This document shows, one piece after another, positions 19,626 through 29,019 of a stretch of 64,000 bases of DNA. The stretch is from a virus. Its lineage: Duplodnaviria > Caudoviricetes. The position numbers and the translations under genes were made by a program. The notes beneath the pieces are model-generated. The model was not told where the DNA came from. It was given only the letters and a program-made list of their open reading frames with translations, and ran no database searches. Where the stretch lies: positions 49,448 through 113,447 of IMG/VR virus record IMGVR_UViG_3300001517_000002. One strand, 5' to 3'. The first letter of the stretch is position 1. Each line of letters begins with the position of its first letter.

Positions 19626-22487
19626 TCATTTTAACATACTTCGTTCTTTGATTTTTGCAATTCTAAGATATTCTCTACGCTCTTTCTTATAGCAGCAATC
19701 GCAAAGTTCACGCTTGGATTTTGAACCAACCCCAAACTCAGCTCCACAATTTATACATATTCTTGTGGGTGTATATTTTACAGGGACATATTTTTCTTTT
19801 GCTTTTTCCCTCATATCTTCTCTATGGGTAACAAGAGTATATCTTTCCTGACATTCTTTACATCTGCAAGTATTAGTTCCTTTGCGAACTATTATTTCTT
19901 CACCGCAATCAATACAATAACTTACATCTATCTCGCTATCAAAGTCTTTGGTCAAATGCTGATACATGGTGCTGCCGAACATTTCCCAAAACATTTGCTT
20001 CTTGCCTGTTGGATTACGATTAAATATTTCCTCTACAATGTTATCAACTATATCGTGCCAATTGGTCACGCCTATTTCTTTGCAGCGAGAAAAGATTTTA
20101 TTCCTTGCGCTGTTAATTACAAAGCGATAATCTTTTACAACATCATCTTGCTTTTTATCAAAACGTGAAGAATTAATAACATCCTTATAAATGTCAACTA
20201 CCTTTGAATTAAATCTATTATCTGTCATAGGACTGCTAAGAAATCTCGTATAATCAAATTGTGATTCAAAATTATATTTACCATATTGTATTCTCGGTAT
20301 TTTAATAATCTTAGCAATATTATTGACTGGAGTATTTGTAAGTGTGTCTGTTTTTTCTTCTTCGTAGTTCTTTGCATACTCAAAAAACCTTGGCACTTTT
20401 ACATTCAAATACTTGCTAATAATATAATTTATGTTTTTGGGGCGAGTAGGCATATACATAGTTTTGAAAAAATCAATCTGAAAATTGTTCTCTCCTACCA
20501 GAAGCTTAATAACTTTGATTTGTTCTTCGGTTAAACTCCAATCGTTATTTCTGCTTATATTCCAAATCTTAGTTATAGCATTGCTGTAATAACCTATGCT
20601 CTTGCTGTTAAATGCTATCTCCATACACTTGAAAAGATAATCGTTATTCACGGGAACGCTATCGCCCTTTTTCATTTCATAATATAAAGGACATATATTG
20701 AGTTTACTAATAACTCTTTTAGCAGCTTCAATAATTATCCTATCGCTACACACAAACAAGTGGTCGCCATCCCAATCAAGTGCCATAATGCGTGACATAA
20801 AATCATGGGAGTTTGTGTATATTGCATTGGTCGTGAACCATTCTTGAATATTGTTTACTTCAACGCAATGTTCGCAATAAAGGTGTGGACTACGCAAACA
20901 GTCAAGCTCTATACCATTTTCAAACAACCTACAGCTTACTTCACCAGCCTTCAACAAACCATCTGGGTTCTCTATACCCAAGAATAGGTGTTCGCAAAAA
21001 GCATATAAGTCAGGAACGGCAAATGTATAATTACTTTTTACTAAAAACTTTGCCGAGTACAAATCTCTAATCAAACTTTCTTTTTTTGATTTGAGTTGTT
21101 CTTTGATATATTTATCTTGTAGCATCTCAGGGTACTCGCAAAGACATTTCTGAAACGGAGATTTATTTTTATTATCTTTAGTTGCTCCAAAAACACCAAG
21201 AATATAATCCTTGTCAACTTCTTTATTTTTAGTAGAAATGCCGAGCTTTAAAATTTCTTCAATGTTAGGCTGGGAAAGCTGGGCTATTTCATCATCCGAA
21301 AGACATCTTAATGTCTGCGCAAACTGGTAATTCAGTTTCCTAACATTATCAAATTCTTCTTCTTCCTCATTGCCTATGCAAGCTTCGCAGCCATATGTTT
21401 TAAAACGGGTCTTATAATCTTCAAAATCGTGATAATACTTCCACATCTTAAATTGGCTCTTTGTAAATATTATCTCAATATCTTCTTCAATGATATTATG
21501 TTCTTTGCCATATATGTCTTTAACGATAGGAGAACAGTCATTGATTTCAATAAATCTTCTAAAATCAAATACTCCCATAAGCCCCTTAAACCAAGGCAAC
21601 CTAATAACAAAATCTTTATTACTTACTCTTGGCAGCATCATTCCGCAACCATCATTCTGCTCCATAGGAAGTGTTCTTACTCCATGCGTTATCTCATAAG
21701 TATCATAATTTATGTAATCCACTTCACCAGTTACTTCGTTTTGAAAATCATCTACGACAATAGACTTGTCAATATTGAAGTTCTTCCAAGGCTTAGACAT
21801 AGAGCTGCACAAAGAAACGTATGCAAGAAACTTAGCTGTATTGCAACCGCCCTTTGCATTTATTTCATTTATGTTTAATCCTGCTGTCAGTTTATTCCAA
21901 TATTTGTCTTTAAGGTCTTTGCGTATAGCTACAAATTTTTTATCTTTGGTTTGTCCTGCTGAAGCTGTAAAGAACTCATATTCATGTCCATCGTACACAA
22001 AACCATTCTTAATAAGGGATTCCATAATACCTGTATAGTACACTCTAATAATACATATCTCAGGATTAAATCTATTCTTGTTTAGTCCGAGGGTTCTTGT
22101 CAGAGTGCTATCACTTATAGTAACTTTCTTTCCGTTACTTATGGCAGTTTTGTTTCTATTTAGTATTTTCTCTTGAAGTAATTGCCGTTGAACATTTTTG
22201 TTTTGGTCAATGGCGGTTTTAAATTTTTCTTTTAGTGTTGCAAGTTCCCTTTGAATCTCTTGCACCCTTGGGAGGTTTTCTTCCTCCCAAAGAGCAATCT
22301 CGTTTGTATTAGTTTGAGTTTTTATGTCATTGATTTTTTTATATTTCGATTTTGGGCGTTTCTTCTCTATGAGATACTTCTCTATTTGAAGTTCCTCAAT
22401 CTTTTCCCATAACTCTTTTTCGTCATTGTTGGGTAACACAAAATCTTGGGTGTCCACACCTAAAACATAAAACAATTTCTTATTCAA
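19626..22487 (-). CDS. yonO: YonO-like single-subunit DNA-dependent RNA polymerase
   Basis: DGCGM, IRLPWFKG, LRSPHLY and catalytic DWDGD (DxDGD) motifs; upstream of the virion operon as in SPbeta. Confidence 0.88.
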   Translation of the reverse strand: MNKKLFYVLGVDTQDFVLPNNDEKELWEKIEELQIEKYLIEKKRPKSKYKKINDIKTQTNTNEIALWEEENLPRVQEIQRELATLKEKFKTAIDQNKNVQRQLLQEKILNRNKTAISNGKKVTISDSTLTRTLGLNKNRFNPEICIIRVYYTGIMESLIKNGFVYDGHEYEFFTASAGQTKDKKFVAIRKDLKDKYWNKLTAGLNINEINAKGGCNTAKFLAYVSLCSSMSKPWKNFNIDKSIVVDDFQNEVTGEVDYINYDTYEITHGVRTLPMEQNDGCGMMLPRVSNKDFVIRLPWFKGLMGVFDFRRFIEINDCSPIVKDIYGKEHNIIEEDIEIIFTKSQFKMWKYYHDFEDYKTRFKTYGCEACIGNEEEEEFDNVRKLNYQFAQTLRCLSDDEIAQLSQPNIEEILKLGISTKNKEVDKDYILGVFGATKDNKNKSPFQKCLCEYPEMLQDKYIKEQLKSKKESLIRDLYSAKFLVKSNYTFAVPDLYAFCEHLFLGIENPDGLLKAGEVSCRLFENGIELDCLRSPHLYCEHCVEVNNIQEWFTTNAIYTNSHDFMSRIMALDWDGDHLFVCSDRIIIEAAKRVISKLNICPLYYEMKKGDSVPVNNDYLFKCMEIAFNSKSIGYYSNAITKIWNISRNNDWSLTEEQIKVIKLLVGENNFQIDFFKTMYMPTRPKNINYIISKYLNVKVPRFFEYAKNYEEEKTDTLTNTPVNNIAKIIKIPRIQYGKYNFESQFDYTRFLSSPMTDNRFNSKVVDIYKDVINSSRFDKKQDDVVKDYRFVINSARNKIFSRCKEIGVTNWHDIVDNIVEEIFNRNPTGKKQMFWEMFGSTMYQHLTKDFDSEIDVSYCIDCGEEIIVRKGTNTCRCKECQERYTLVTHREDMREKAKEKYVPVKYTPTRICINCGAEFGVGSKSKRELCDCCYKKERREYLRIAKIKERSMLK

Positions 22488-22798
22488 GTAATTTCCTCCA
22501 GTTTCTTGTCTGTTCTATCAAGAGCAATTTCGCTTTCAATGTCCTCGATTAAAAACTCCCTATCACAACAATAGCAGTAATTGACTTTTTTAATGCCAAG
22601 CAAAAAATCACATTCGGGGCATCTGTATACCGTTATTGCGGTAGCGTATTTATTGTCCAATAAATATTTCTGTACCTCTGGAGCATTATTCCCAAAGTTT
22701 CTATATAGTGTACTTTGAAATATTCTGTCTCCCTTAGAGGTGATAGATATAAATTCTCGTAACTCCATAACTATACCTCTGTCGATTCTAAATTCCAA
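22484..22798 (-). CDS. zinc-ribbon hypothetical protein
   Basis: CPEC...CYCC; overlaps the yonO start. Confidence 0.65.
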   Translation of the reverse strand: MEFRIDRGIVMELREFISITSKGDRIFQSTLYRNFGNNAPEVQKYLLDNKYATAITVYRCPECDFLLGIKKVNYCYCCDREFLIEDIESEIALDRTDKKLEEIT

Positions 22799-23112
22799 GG
22801 CTGTGAATACTGAAGCACATCATATAAATTGCTGTATGACCGAAAAGGTAACACAAGCCCCGTCACCTTGTCTTTAAAAGCAAGATTATATTTACCCCAA
22901 TTATTTTCATAAATGTAAGTAGCAATAAAACCATGTTTGTCTAAACACATTTCAGAGAGCAACGAAATCATATCGTCAATACCAAACCATTCCATAACCT
23001 TTTCAGAATCACCAATGACTTCTGAAACCTTGTCGTATAATTTATCTCTTTCGGTAGAGACTTCATAAATTTTCTTCATTGCTGTTATAAATGTAACTCT
23101 ATCAATATTCAT
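22771..23112 (-). CDS. hypothetical protein
   Basis: 113 aa, translationally coupled. Confidence 0.65.
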   Translation of the reverse strand: MNIDRVTFITAMKKIYEVSTERDKLYDKVSEVIGDSEKVMEWFGIDDMISLLSEMCLDKHGFIATYIYENNWGKYNLAFKDKVTGLVLPFRSYSNLYDVLQYSQPWNLESTEV

Positions 23113-23770
23113 TTGTTTTTACTCCCTTCAACCATAGCATTGCCATGTTATCTGTAATTTTACTTAAATCGTTATCCTTAATATTATAGTGCTTTAAAAT
23201 TTCTTTGAAAGCAGAACCATGTTTATCGCCTTTATTAAGAACCTTTTTTAAAGTTTCAAATGTCAATTGCAATAGCCCCCTGTCATATAATCTAAATAGT
23301 TCCTGAGTTAATTTCAGTCCGTCAGGTGTTTCATAAACTGTGCGATATTTTGACCAACTCTTTCTATCTGGAACTGAATAACATTTGTATCTCCATTTAA
23401 GAGAACCATCTTCATTGATAAAAGTATTATTATAAAAATCTGAACCCAACACACAATACATTACATCTGTGTTTCCATCAACATTAAGTCCAACACAAGT
23501 TAATTCTCCATAAGGTCTAATTTGCTCTTTGACCTTATCCCAATGATTATACAGCCACGGCACTTTCTTTTCATCTGGTTCAAAGTCAGCACAGGTGTTT
23601 ATATCAAAACACCCACAATCGTATGATTTGAAAATCTTTTTGGCAAATCTTAAATGCTTGTGGTCTAATCTTTTACAGATAGATTTAACACCGTCCATAT
23701 CAGCATTAACCTTAAACCATTTACAATGACCACATTCAATTCTGCACCATTCTTCACAATTGGTATTCAT
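23102..23770 (-). CDS. Cys-rich hypothetical protein
   Basis: 222 aa with CGHC and CxDF motifs. Confidence 0.7.
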   Translation of the reverse strand: MNTNCEEWCRIECGHCKWFKVNADMDGVKSICKRLDHKHLRFAKKIFKSYDCGCFDINTCADFEPDEKKVPWLYNHWDKVKEQIRPYGELTCVGLNVDGNTDVMYCVLGSDFYNNTFINEDGSLKWRYKCYSVPDRKSWSKYRTVYETPDGLKLTQELFRLYDRGLLQLTFETLKKVLNKGDKHGSAFKEILKHYNIKDNDLSKITDNMAMLWLKGVKTNEY

Positions 23771-23902
23771 ATGTTATTGTCCTTTCAAACATTTTGTTTT
23801 TTCTCACTTCTTGCTTTTTTAATTTCTTCAAGAGTTAATGTTCTGCAATCCTTACCAGTACGCATGACTGACAATGGACATGACAAACAATGTGATTGCT
23901 GA

Positions 23903-24157
23903 CTACATATCTGTTCTCGTGTCATTGGTTCTCCTTTCGTAATAAGCGTAAGCATCATGTATGTTTTGTGTGGTAAGTTCCCACTTGTCGTTTATCCAAA
24001 CGTGATATACAGGTGTAGTCCAATTATAGCAAGGTACACCATTACCTATTCTTGTCTTGGTCATATATAACCCTGTTGTATCATTACTGCTTTCGAGTTG
24101 ATATAAACATTGGGTTTTATTATCAAAGGTAGAAGCCCACTGTTCTAAATTAGTCAT
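23903..24157 (-). CDS. hypothetical protein
   Basis: 84 aa with an AAGGAGG RBS. Confidence 0.65.
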   Translation of the reverse strand: MTNLEQWASTFDNKTQCLYQLESSNDTTGLYMTKTRIGNGVPCYNWTTPVYHVWINDKWELTTQNIHDAYAYYERRTNDTRTDM

Positions 24158-25100
24158 TGTCAGCCTCCTTAATTAGAAATATATCTTCAATGCCAGTTAT
24201 TTGAGCGATTTTTTCTTTATTAGCATAAATACTATATAGTGCTGGATTGACACACAAATATTCTTTGATAACATCATTCTTAGCTGCTCTGACTGCAATC
24301 AATACTCCTCGGCTATCACCATTCTTATCAGGGTACTGAATCTTTAACAGTTGGTTTACAAATCTCTTTGAATGAGAAACATTAAGCCCAAGTTTGACAC
24401 ACAATGTATCAACTGACATTTTTGCAATCTTCGTTTTATCAGTTTCCCACGGGTTTTCGCATAGAACATTATAGGTTAAATTAACATAGGGAAGTATCAT
24501 GTACATATAAGCTAACGTCTTATGGGAATCAACCGTAGCGTGTTCATATAAGAAACGAGTTGAGTATATAAACAACTTGGCTGCTCTCTGGTCTTTGGCT
24601 TTTTGTAATTTGCCCTTCCCGAATATGTTGGCATTAATCTGAAACCCTTCTTCATCTTCAATAAGATAATTGTATTTCTTGGCTTCTCTGAGAAACCGCT
24701 TAAACGTACTGGTGTCAAGACCAAGTAAATCCTGTAACTGACACCGTGACAATATACGTCCATTATCATAGGCTATGTAATTGTCCTTATTAACATAAGT
24801 TGCCAAATAAACCAATCTACTTATTGTTGGATTGTTTAGATTATCAAACGATTGCTCGGATGGTACAAAGTAATGCCACACATAATTCCCTCCTTCACCT
24901 ATGCTATTGTCATAGTCGCTCTCGTCCTGCTGCTTAATGGCATAATGTTTTCGCCCATAGTTCTTGCGATTATTGTATTCTTCTTCTGAGAAACAAGTAA
25001 TAATGCTATTCTCAGAAGGTTCTTTAACTTCGCCTTTGTCATTAATAATTGCTTTGATACGTTCCATTGCATCATTCCTTTCAATTTTGATTTTCGCCAT
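24150..25100 (-). CDS. winged-HTH protein, possible replication initiator (RepL-like)
   Basis: Two wHTH-like repeats ending in INANIFGKG and VNPALY; next to the non-coding switch region. Confidence 0.5.
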   Translation of the reverse strand: MAKIKIERNDAMERIKAIINDKGEVKEPSENSIITCFSEEEYNNRKNYGRKHYAIKQQDESDYDNSIGEGGNYVWHYFVPSEQSFDNLNNPTISRLVYLATYVNKDNYIAYDNGRILSRCQLQDLLGLDTSTFKRFLREAKKYNYLIEDEEGFQINANIFGKGKLQKAKDQRAAKLFIYSTRFLYEHATVDSHKTLAYMYMILPYVNLTYNVLCENPWETDKTKIAKMSVDTLCVKLGLNVSHSKRFVNQLLKIQYPDKNGDSRGVLIAVRAAKNDVIKEYLCVNPALYSIYANKEKIAQITGIEDIFLIKEADND

Positions 25101-25303
25101 TTTTGACCCTTTTTGGGGGTGTTTTTCGCCATTCGTGACCCCACCCCCAAGTTCTGTTTTTCCCGAAAAATCGGGCTAAACTGGCGTTTTTTGAAAAATC
25201 CGTTCTTTTAGATTTAGTAAACCCCATACGCTTGCCAACAACACTTGCTTGCATTTTGTACATTGCGGAGCTTAAAAAAATAAAACCTTACTGTTCTACA
25301 ATT

Positions 25304-25332
25304 ATTATACCATACATTTTGTACTATGTCAA
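25304..25332 (-). promoter_or_regulatory. sigma-A promoter with GTACAAAATG in the spacer
   Basis: TTGACA-17 bp-TATAAT on the minus strand. Confidence 0.85.
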
Positions 25333-25972
25333 GAGAAAAAAAAGAAAAAAATAAAATCCCCCTCTGGGGGACGAACGAACGTAGTGAGTGAGATAGGGGG
25401 CAATATATTGGGGACAGGGACGGTAAACTTCGCTTCGCTCAGTTGACCTTTTCCCTTTCCCCAAACCCCTTTTCCTAATTAGAGACATTTATGGCTATTT
25501 ATTGGGAGTTGTTAAGGAATAAGTATAATTAAGGTCATTTACTAAAATTGAATTATAGAGCTATTTATAGGGGAGTGTTCGATGAATTAATTAGATAAAA
25601 TAGGTAGGAAAAGAGGGGAGGAGAGAGATTTGAAAATTGAGTGTAGATTGAGTGGAACACCACCAGCATACTTGCGGCTGCAGCTATTTGTTAAAGATGT
25701 AAACATATCCCCCCTGCTATTGTTTAAAAGAATTGCAATGTTCAACAAATGCCTATATTTAGACCTTTTAACATTCAAGAAGGGTATTGCTGAATGTTAA
25801 ACGTATTGACAAAAAGAAAAGAAAATGAATAAAAAATTAATTAGTTAAAAATAAAAGAGCTTGAAGCTCCTCTATTTGTTTGCTGATTTGATTAATCCGT
25901 AAATGTTGCAATTGCAACAATATGCACATCATCGAATCTGTAAAGTATTTTTGCTTTACAGCAACTACACTA

Positions 25973-26034
25973 TTCGATAACCCATTATCGATACTACAAT
26001 ATCGATAAAATTATATCGATAATACAATATCGAT
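25973..26034. repeat. five (A/T)TCGAT units at a 14-bp period
   Basis: Cores at 25973, 25987, 26001, 26015 and 26029. Confidence 0.8.
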
Positions 26035-26898
26035 TAACTCCCTTATATTATAATAAGTAAGAACCGATTAAAATAAAATGAGCAGTAACCCGTAAATCCC
26101 TATATACAGCCTTAAACAAAGTATAAAATGCAATAATCGCTAATAGGTCAAAAATGCACGTTAAAGCCCCTCTAACACATAAAGGAATATAACTATACCA
26201 CCATAGCAAACAACGCCGAAAAAGGGCATTTAAAAGCGTTTTAGAGCTATGCACTATTACAACCATATTTTGCACAACAAAACAACTATTTTACACATAC
26301 AAATTTGTGCAAAATGTAGAATTATAATAAACGAGAAGTAACCTATAAACGCCGATATATAGCCATAAAGCAGCTCAAAACGGGTATAATCAATATATTT
26401 TAATAATCTATCACAAACAACGATATATAGACAAATAACCGTAATATCTGTATCATATCGGTATAAAACACTAAATTATATACAGTATGCAATATATTAT
26501 ACTCCAATGAGCAGTAAAATGCAAAACAACGATATATCGGCACAAAACCCGTGAAAACGTGTCCACAAATGCCTATTTACCGTTATAATCGACTTAATTA
26601 AGAATCCAAGTATAAAATGCCGATTTATAGGCGTTTAAAGGCTATTTCTGTATACCATTTTACTATAAACATTAAATTGTTAATGATAAACATTAAATCG
26701 TAAAATGCTACAAAATGTAATACAGAATTAAAATAATACAAAATGTTTTAAAATTCGATTTTTTAAATAAGTTGACAAAAGCCGATAAATGGCTATAAAT
26801 AGCCAAAAAATTAATTCGGCATTTTTTTGTGCATTTCTGCTGTTTTTGGCTGCACTTTGTAAGATTTACACAAAAAACGAGAAGGAGCTTGTATTTGC

Positions 26899-27096
26899 CT
26901 ATTTATTGGTATTTTCTCGGTCTAAATAGTCCCTAATCGACTTTACTACTAATTCATTGAATGACATCTGATGCCAATACAAAAAATCGGCTATTTCTCG
27001 GTCAAAATCAGGTTTTAAAATTACAGAATGTCTTTTATAATTGGTTTTCTTGTATTCTGAGTTATATTTATTTTTATCAAAACCCATAAAAATCAC
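26899..27096 (-). CDS. ribbon-helix-helix (Arc/CopG-like) DNA-binding protein
   Basis: NYKRHSVIL...MSFNELVVKSIRDYL pattern. Confidence 0.65.
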   Translation of the reverse strand: MIFMGFDKNKYNSEYKKTNYKRHSVILKPDFDREIADFLYWHQMSFNELVVKSIRDYLDRENTNK

Positions 27097-27175
27097 TCCT
27101 TTTGGCTAAATATAGCGATTTATCGTTCATTGTACAAAATGACTAACATTGTACAAAATGCACAAAATACCCCGT

Positions 27176-27204
27176 TTGCAACGTGGTACGCACCATGTTA
27201 TACT
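27176..27204 (+). promoter_or_regulatory. early sigma-A promoter
   Basis: TTGCAA-17 bp-TATACT with extended -10 TG; two GTACAAAATG boxes upstream. Confidence 0.7.
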
Positions 27205-27576
27205 GGTATTGTCGAAAGGGACACGGAGAACAAAGTCAACAGGGAACAGAGTTGAAAACGGTTTGACAAAGTTCAAAGGTCGCTTGAAGAATCTTCTAAA
27301 AGTTTAGGGCTGAAAAGCTTGTTAAAAAACGAGGTTGATTCAAAATTAAAAAGTGCTTAAACCTCTATACGACAATTGGTTATGAGGGGCGGAGCGAATC
27401 CACGGATATTTAACCAGCTAAAAGCACAAAGCAACTTGAAAATTAAAAAGCCCATCATGTTATTATAGCAAGTTTTGATTAATTTGTCAAGGCTTGCTAA
27501 TATCAACAATTCAAGTTCAAGAGCTTGAAAAGTTGCCAAAAAAATCAATGATAAAACAGTTAGGGAGGTCACAACT

Positions 27577-27783
27577 ATGACAGCTATAAATGTTTATAAC
27601 CGTTATTATTGGCTATATCTTAAACAGTTTACAATGTGGCTAAATAATGAAGATTATTCGCAAATTCAAGAGCGTATAAAACGCTATACAATAAGGATTT
27701 TACATCATAATAACAAGTTCAATCCTTTATTAATCAAGGCGGCTGCTCAGTCAAGCGCAAGAAATATTATAAATGGCATTTAA
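27577..27783 (+). CDS. hypothetical early protein
   Basis: GGGAGGT RBS. Confidence 0.7.
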   Translation: MTAINVYNRYYWLYLKQFTMWLNNEDYSQIQERIKRYTIRILHHNNKFNPLLIKAAAQSSARNIINGI

Positions 27784-27882
27784 AAATGCAAAATTGACCG
27801 TCTAAAGGCGGTCAAATTATGCCGAAAATAGCGTAAATTCGCTAAATTCAGCACCATATCAATTTAATAGGAGGTCATAACT

Positions 27883-28200
27883 ATGACAAATGCACAGAAA
27901 ATAATACTCTTTTTAGGACTCTTTGACAAAGAGACTAAAGCTCAAGAGATAACCACATTAGACGCTTTTAAAATAGCGTCAAATCTGCTTACTGACATTA
28001 TCGGTTTTGGTACAATTACCGAGGCTGTAGGCGTGTACACTCATGATGACGGTACTATCGTCAATGAACCTACGCTCAGAATCGAAGTCTCCAATGTGGA
28101 GCTTGAGCCTATGAAAAGGCTTGCTATAGCCTTAAAATCGGCATTTAATCAAGAGTCAGTCGCTTTTGAAGTCGTTCATTCTGACTTCAATTTCATCTAA
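27883..28200 (+). CDS. DUF3574-like protein
   Basis: GTITEAVGVYTHDDG...NQESV pattern; AGGAGGT RBS. Confidence 0.5.
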   Translation: MTNAQKIILFLGLFDKETKAQEITTLDAFKIASNLLTDIIGFGTITEAVGVYTHDDGTIVNEPTLRIEVSNVELEPMKRLAIALKSAFNQESVAFEVVHSDFNFI

Positions 28201-28284
28201 TCACAAAGTACAAAATGTAGGGCTGTTGCGTAACTTCTGCAACAGTGGGAGCGAGAACAGCCCGAAAAATGGGAGGAAATAGCT

Positions 28285-28563
28285 ATGAAAATTATCAGAA
28301 CCATCAACAGGGACAAAGTATACCGTCATTGCAACGAACACGGATATTACACTTGCGGAAATAATAAGGAATATTCTGCAATGCTGGACAAATGCGCAGA
28401 CTATGAACCCATAGAAGCTTCAGACGAGGATATTCTCGCTATTGCTAAAGATATATGGGAACATTCCGATATGTCGGATTTTTTGGCAAGCGGCGGTGAT
28501 TATGAGTGTTTTTTATGGGGAATTTTCAACGAGTGTACACGTTACGAGATTATTTCAGATTAA
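28285..28563 (+). CDS. hypothetical early protein
   Basis: GGAGG RBS. Confidence 0.75.
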   Translation: MKIIRTINRDKVYRHCNEHGYYTCGNNKEYSAMLDKCADYEPIEASDEDILAIAKDIWEHSDMSDFLASGGDYECFLWGIFNECTRYEIISD

Positions 28564-28630
28564 TGCAGAGTAGTCGCCCTAAATAGGGCGATTAATGCAG
28601 CCAGTCAGACGGTTACAAGCCCGTGACTCA
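28564..28630 (+). ncRNA. twister ribozyme, circularly permuted (P5-type layout)
   Basis: GCAGAGT-[AGTCGCCCT/AGGGCGATT]-AATGCAGC-...-ACGG TTACAAG CCCGT matches the twister core. Confidence 0.88.
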
Positions 28631-28666
28631 CTGTAAATTTATGCCTAATTATAGGAGGAAACTGTT

Positions 28667-28924
28667 ATGTTAAATGGAAATATCGTAGAACTTAAACCCA
28701 CTGACTCACGCAAGAGCTTTTATGGAAAAGCAAGAGTTGTTATGGCTGAAAATGGGGATAAAACTCTGATTAGCTACACAACGCCCGTTCTCAAGCTGTC
28801 CGCTGATGGTAAACTGGAAAAACTATGGCACGGCTATTCTGCCACTACTATGCGGCATATCAACTCATTCTGTGACACTTTCGGAATCAACGGAGGCGGC
28901 AAAAGGTGGTGGGAGAATCTATAA
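28667..28924 (+). CDS. hypothetical early protein
   Basis: RKSFYGKA...YSATTMRHI; RBS. Confidence 0.75.
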   Translation: MLNGNIVELKPTDSRKSFYGKARVVMAENGDKTLISYTTPVLKLSADGKLEKLWHGYSATTMRHINSFCDTFGINGGGKRWWENL

Positions 28925-29019
28925 GCATAACGCTGATGGAGGCTTGTGGAATTTTCTGCAAGCCGTAAAGCTACACTGTCATATCCAAAGTAGACAGATG
29001 CTTAAAGGAGGAAAATTAT

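Noticed and set aside
25973-26034. Possible CRISPR array
   Set aside because: The 14-bp period is far too short, and no cas genes are present
25587-27572. ORFs 25587-25778, 26048-26275 and 27357-27572
   Set aside because: No RBS, atypical composition, and they lie in repeat-rich non-coding DNA or antisense to the leader
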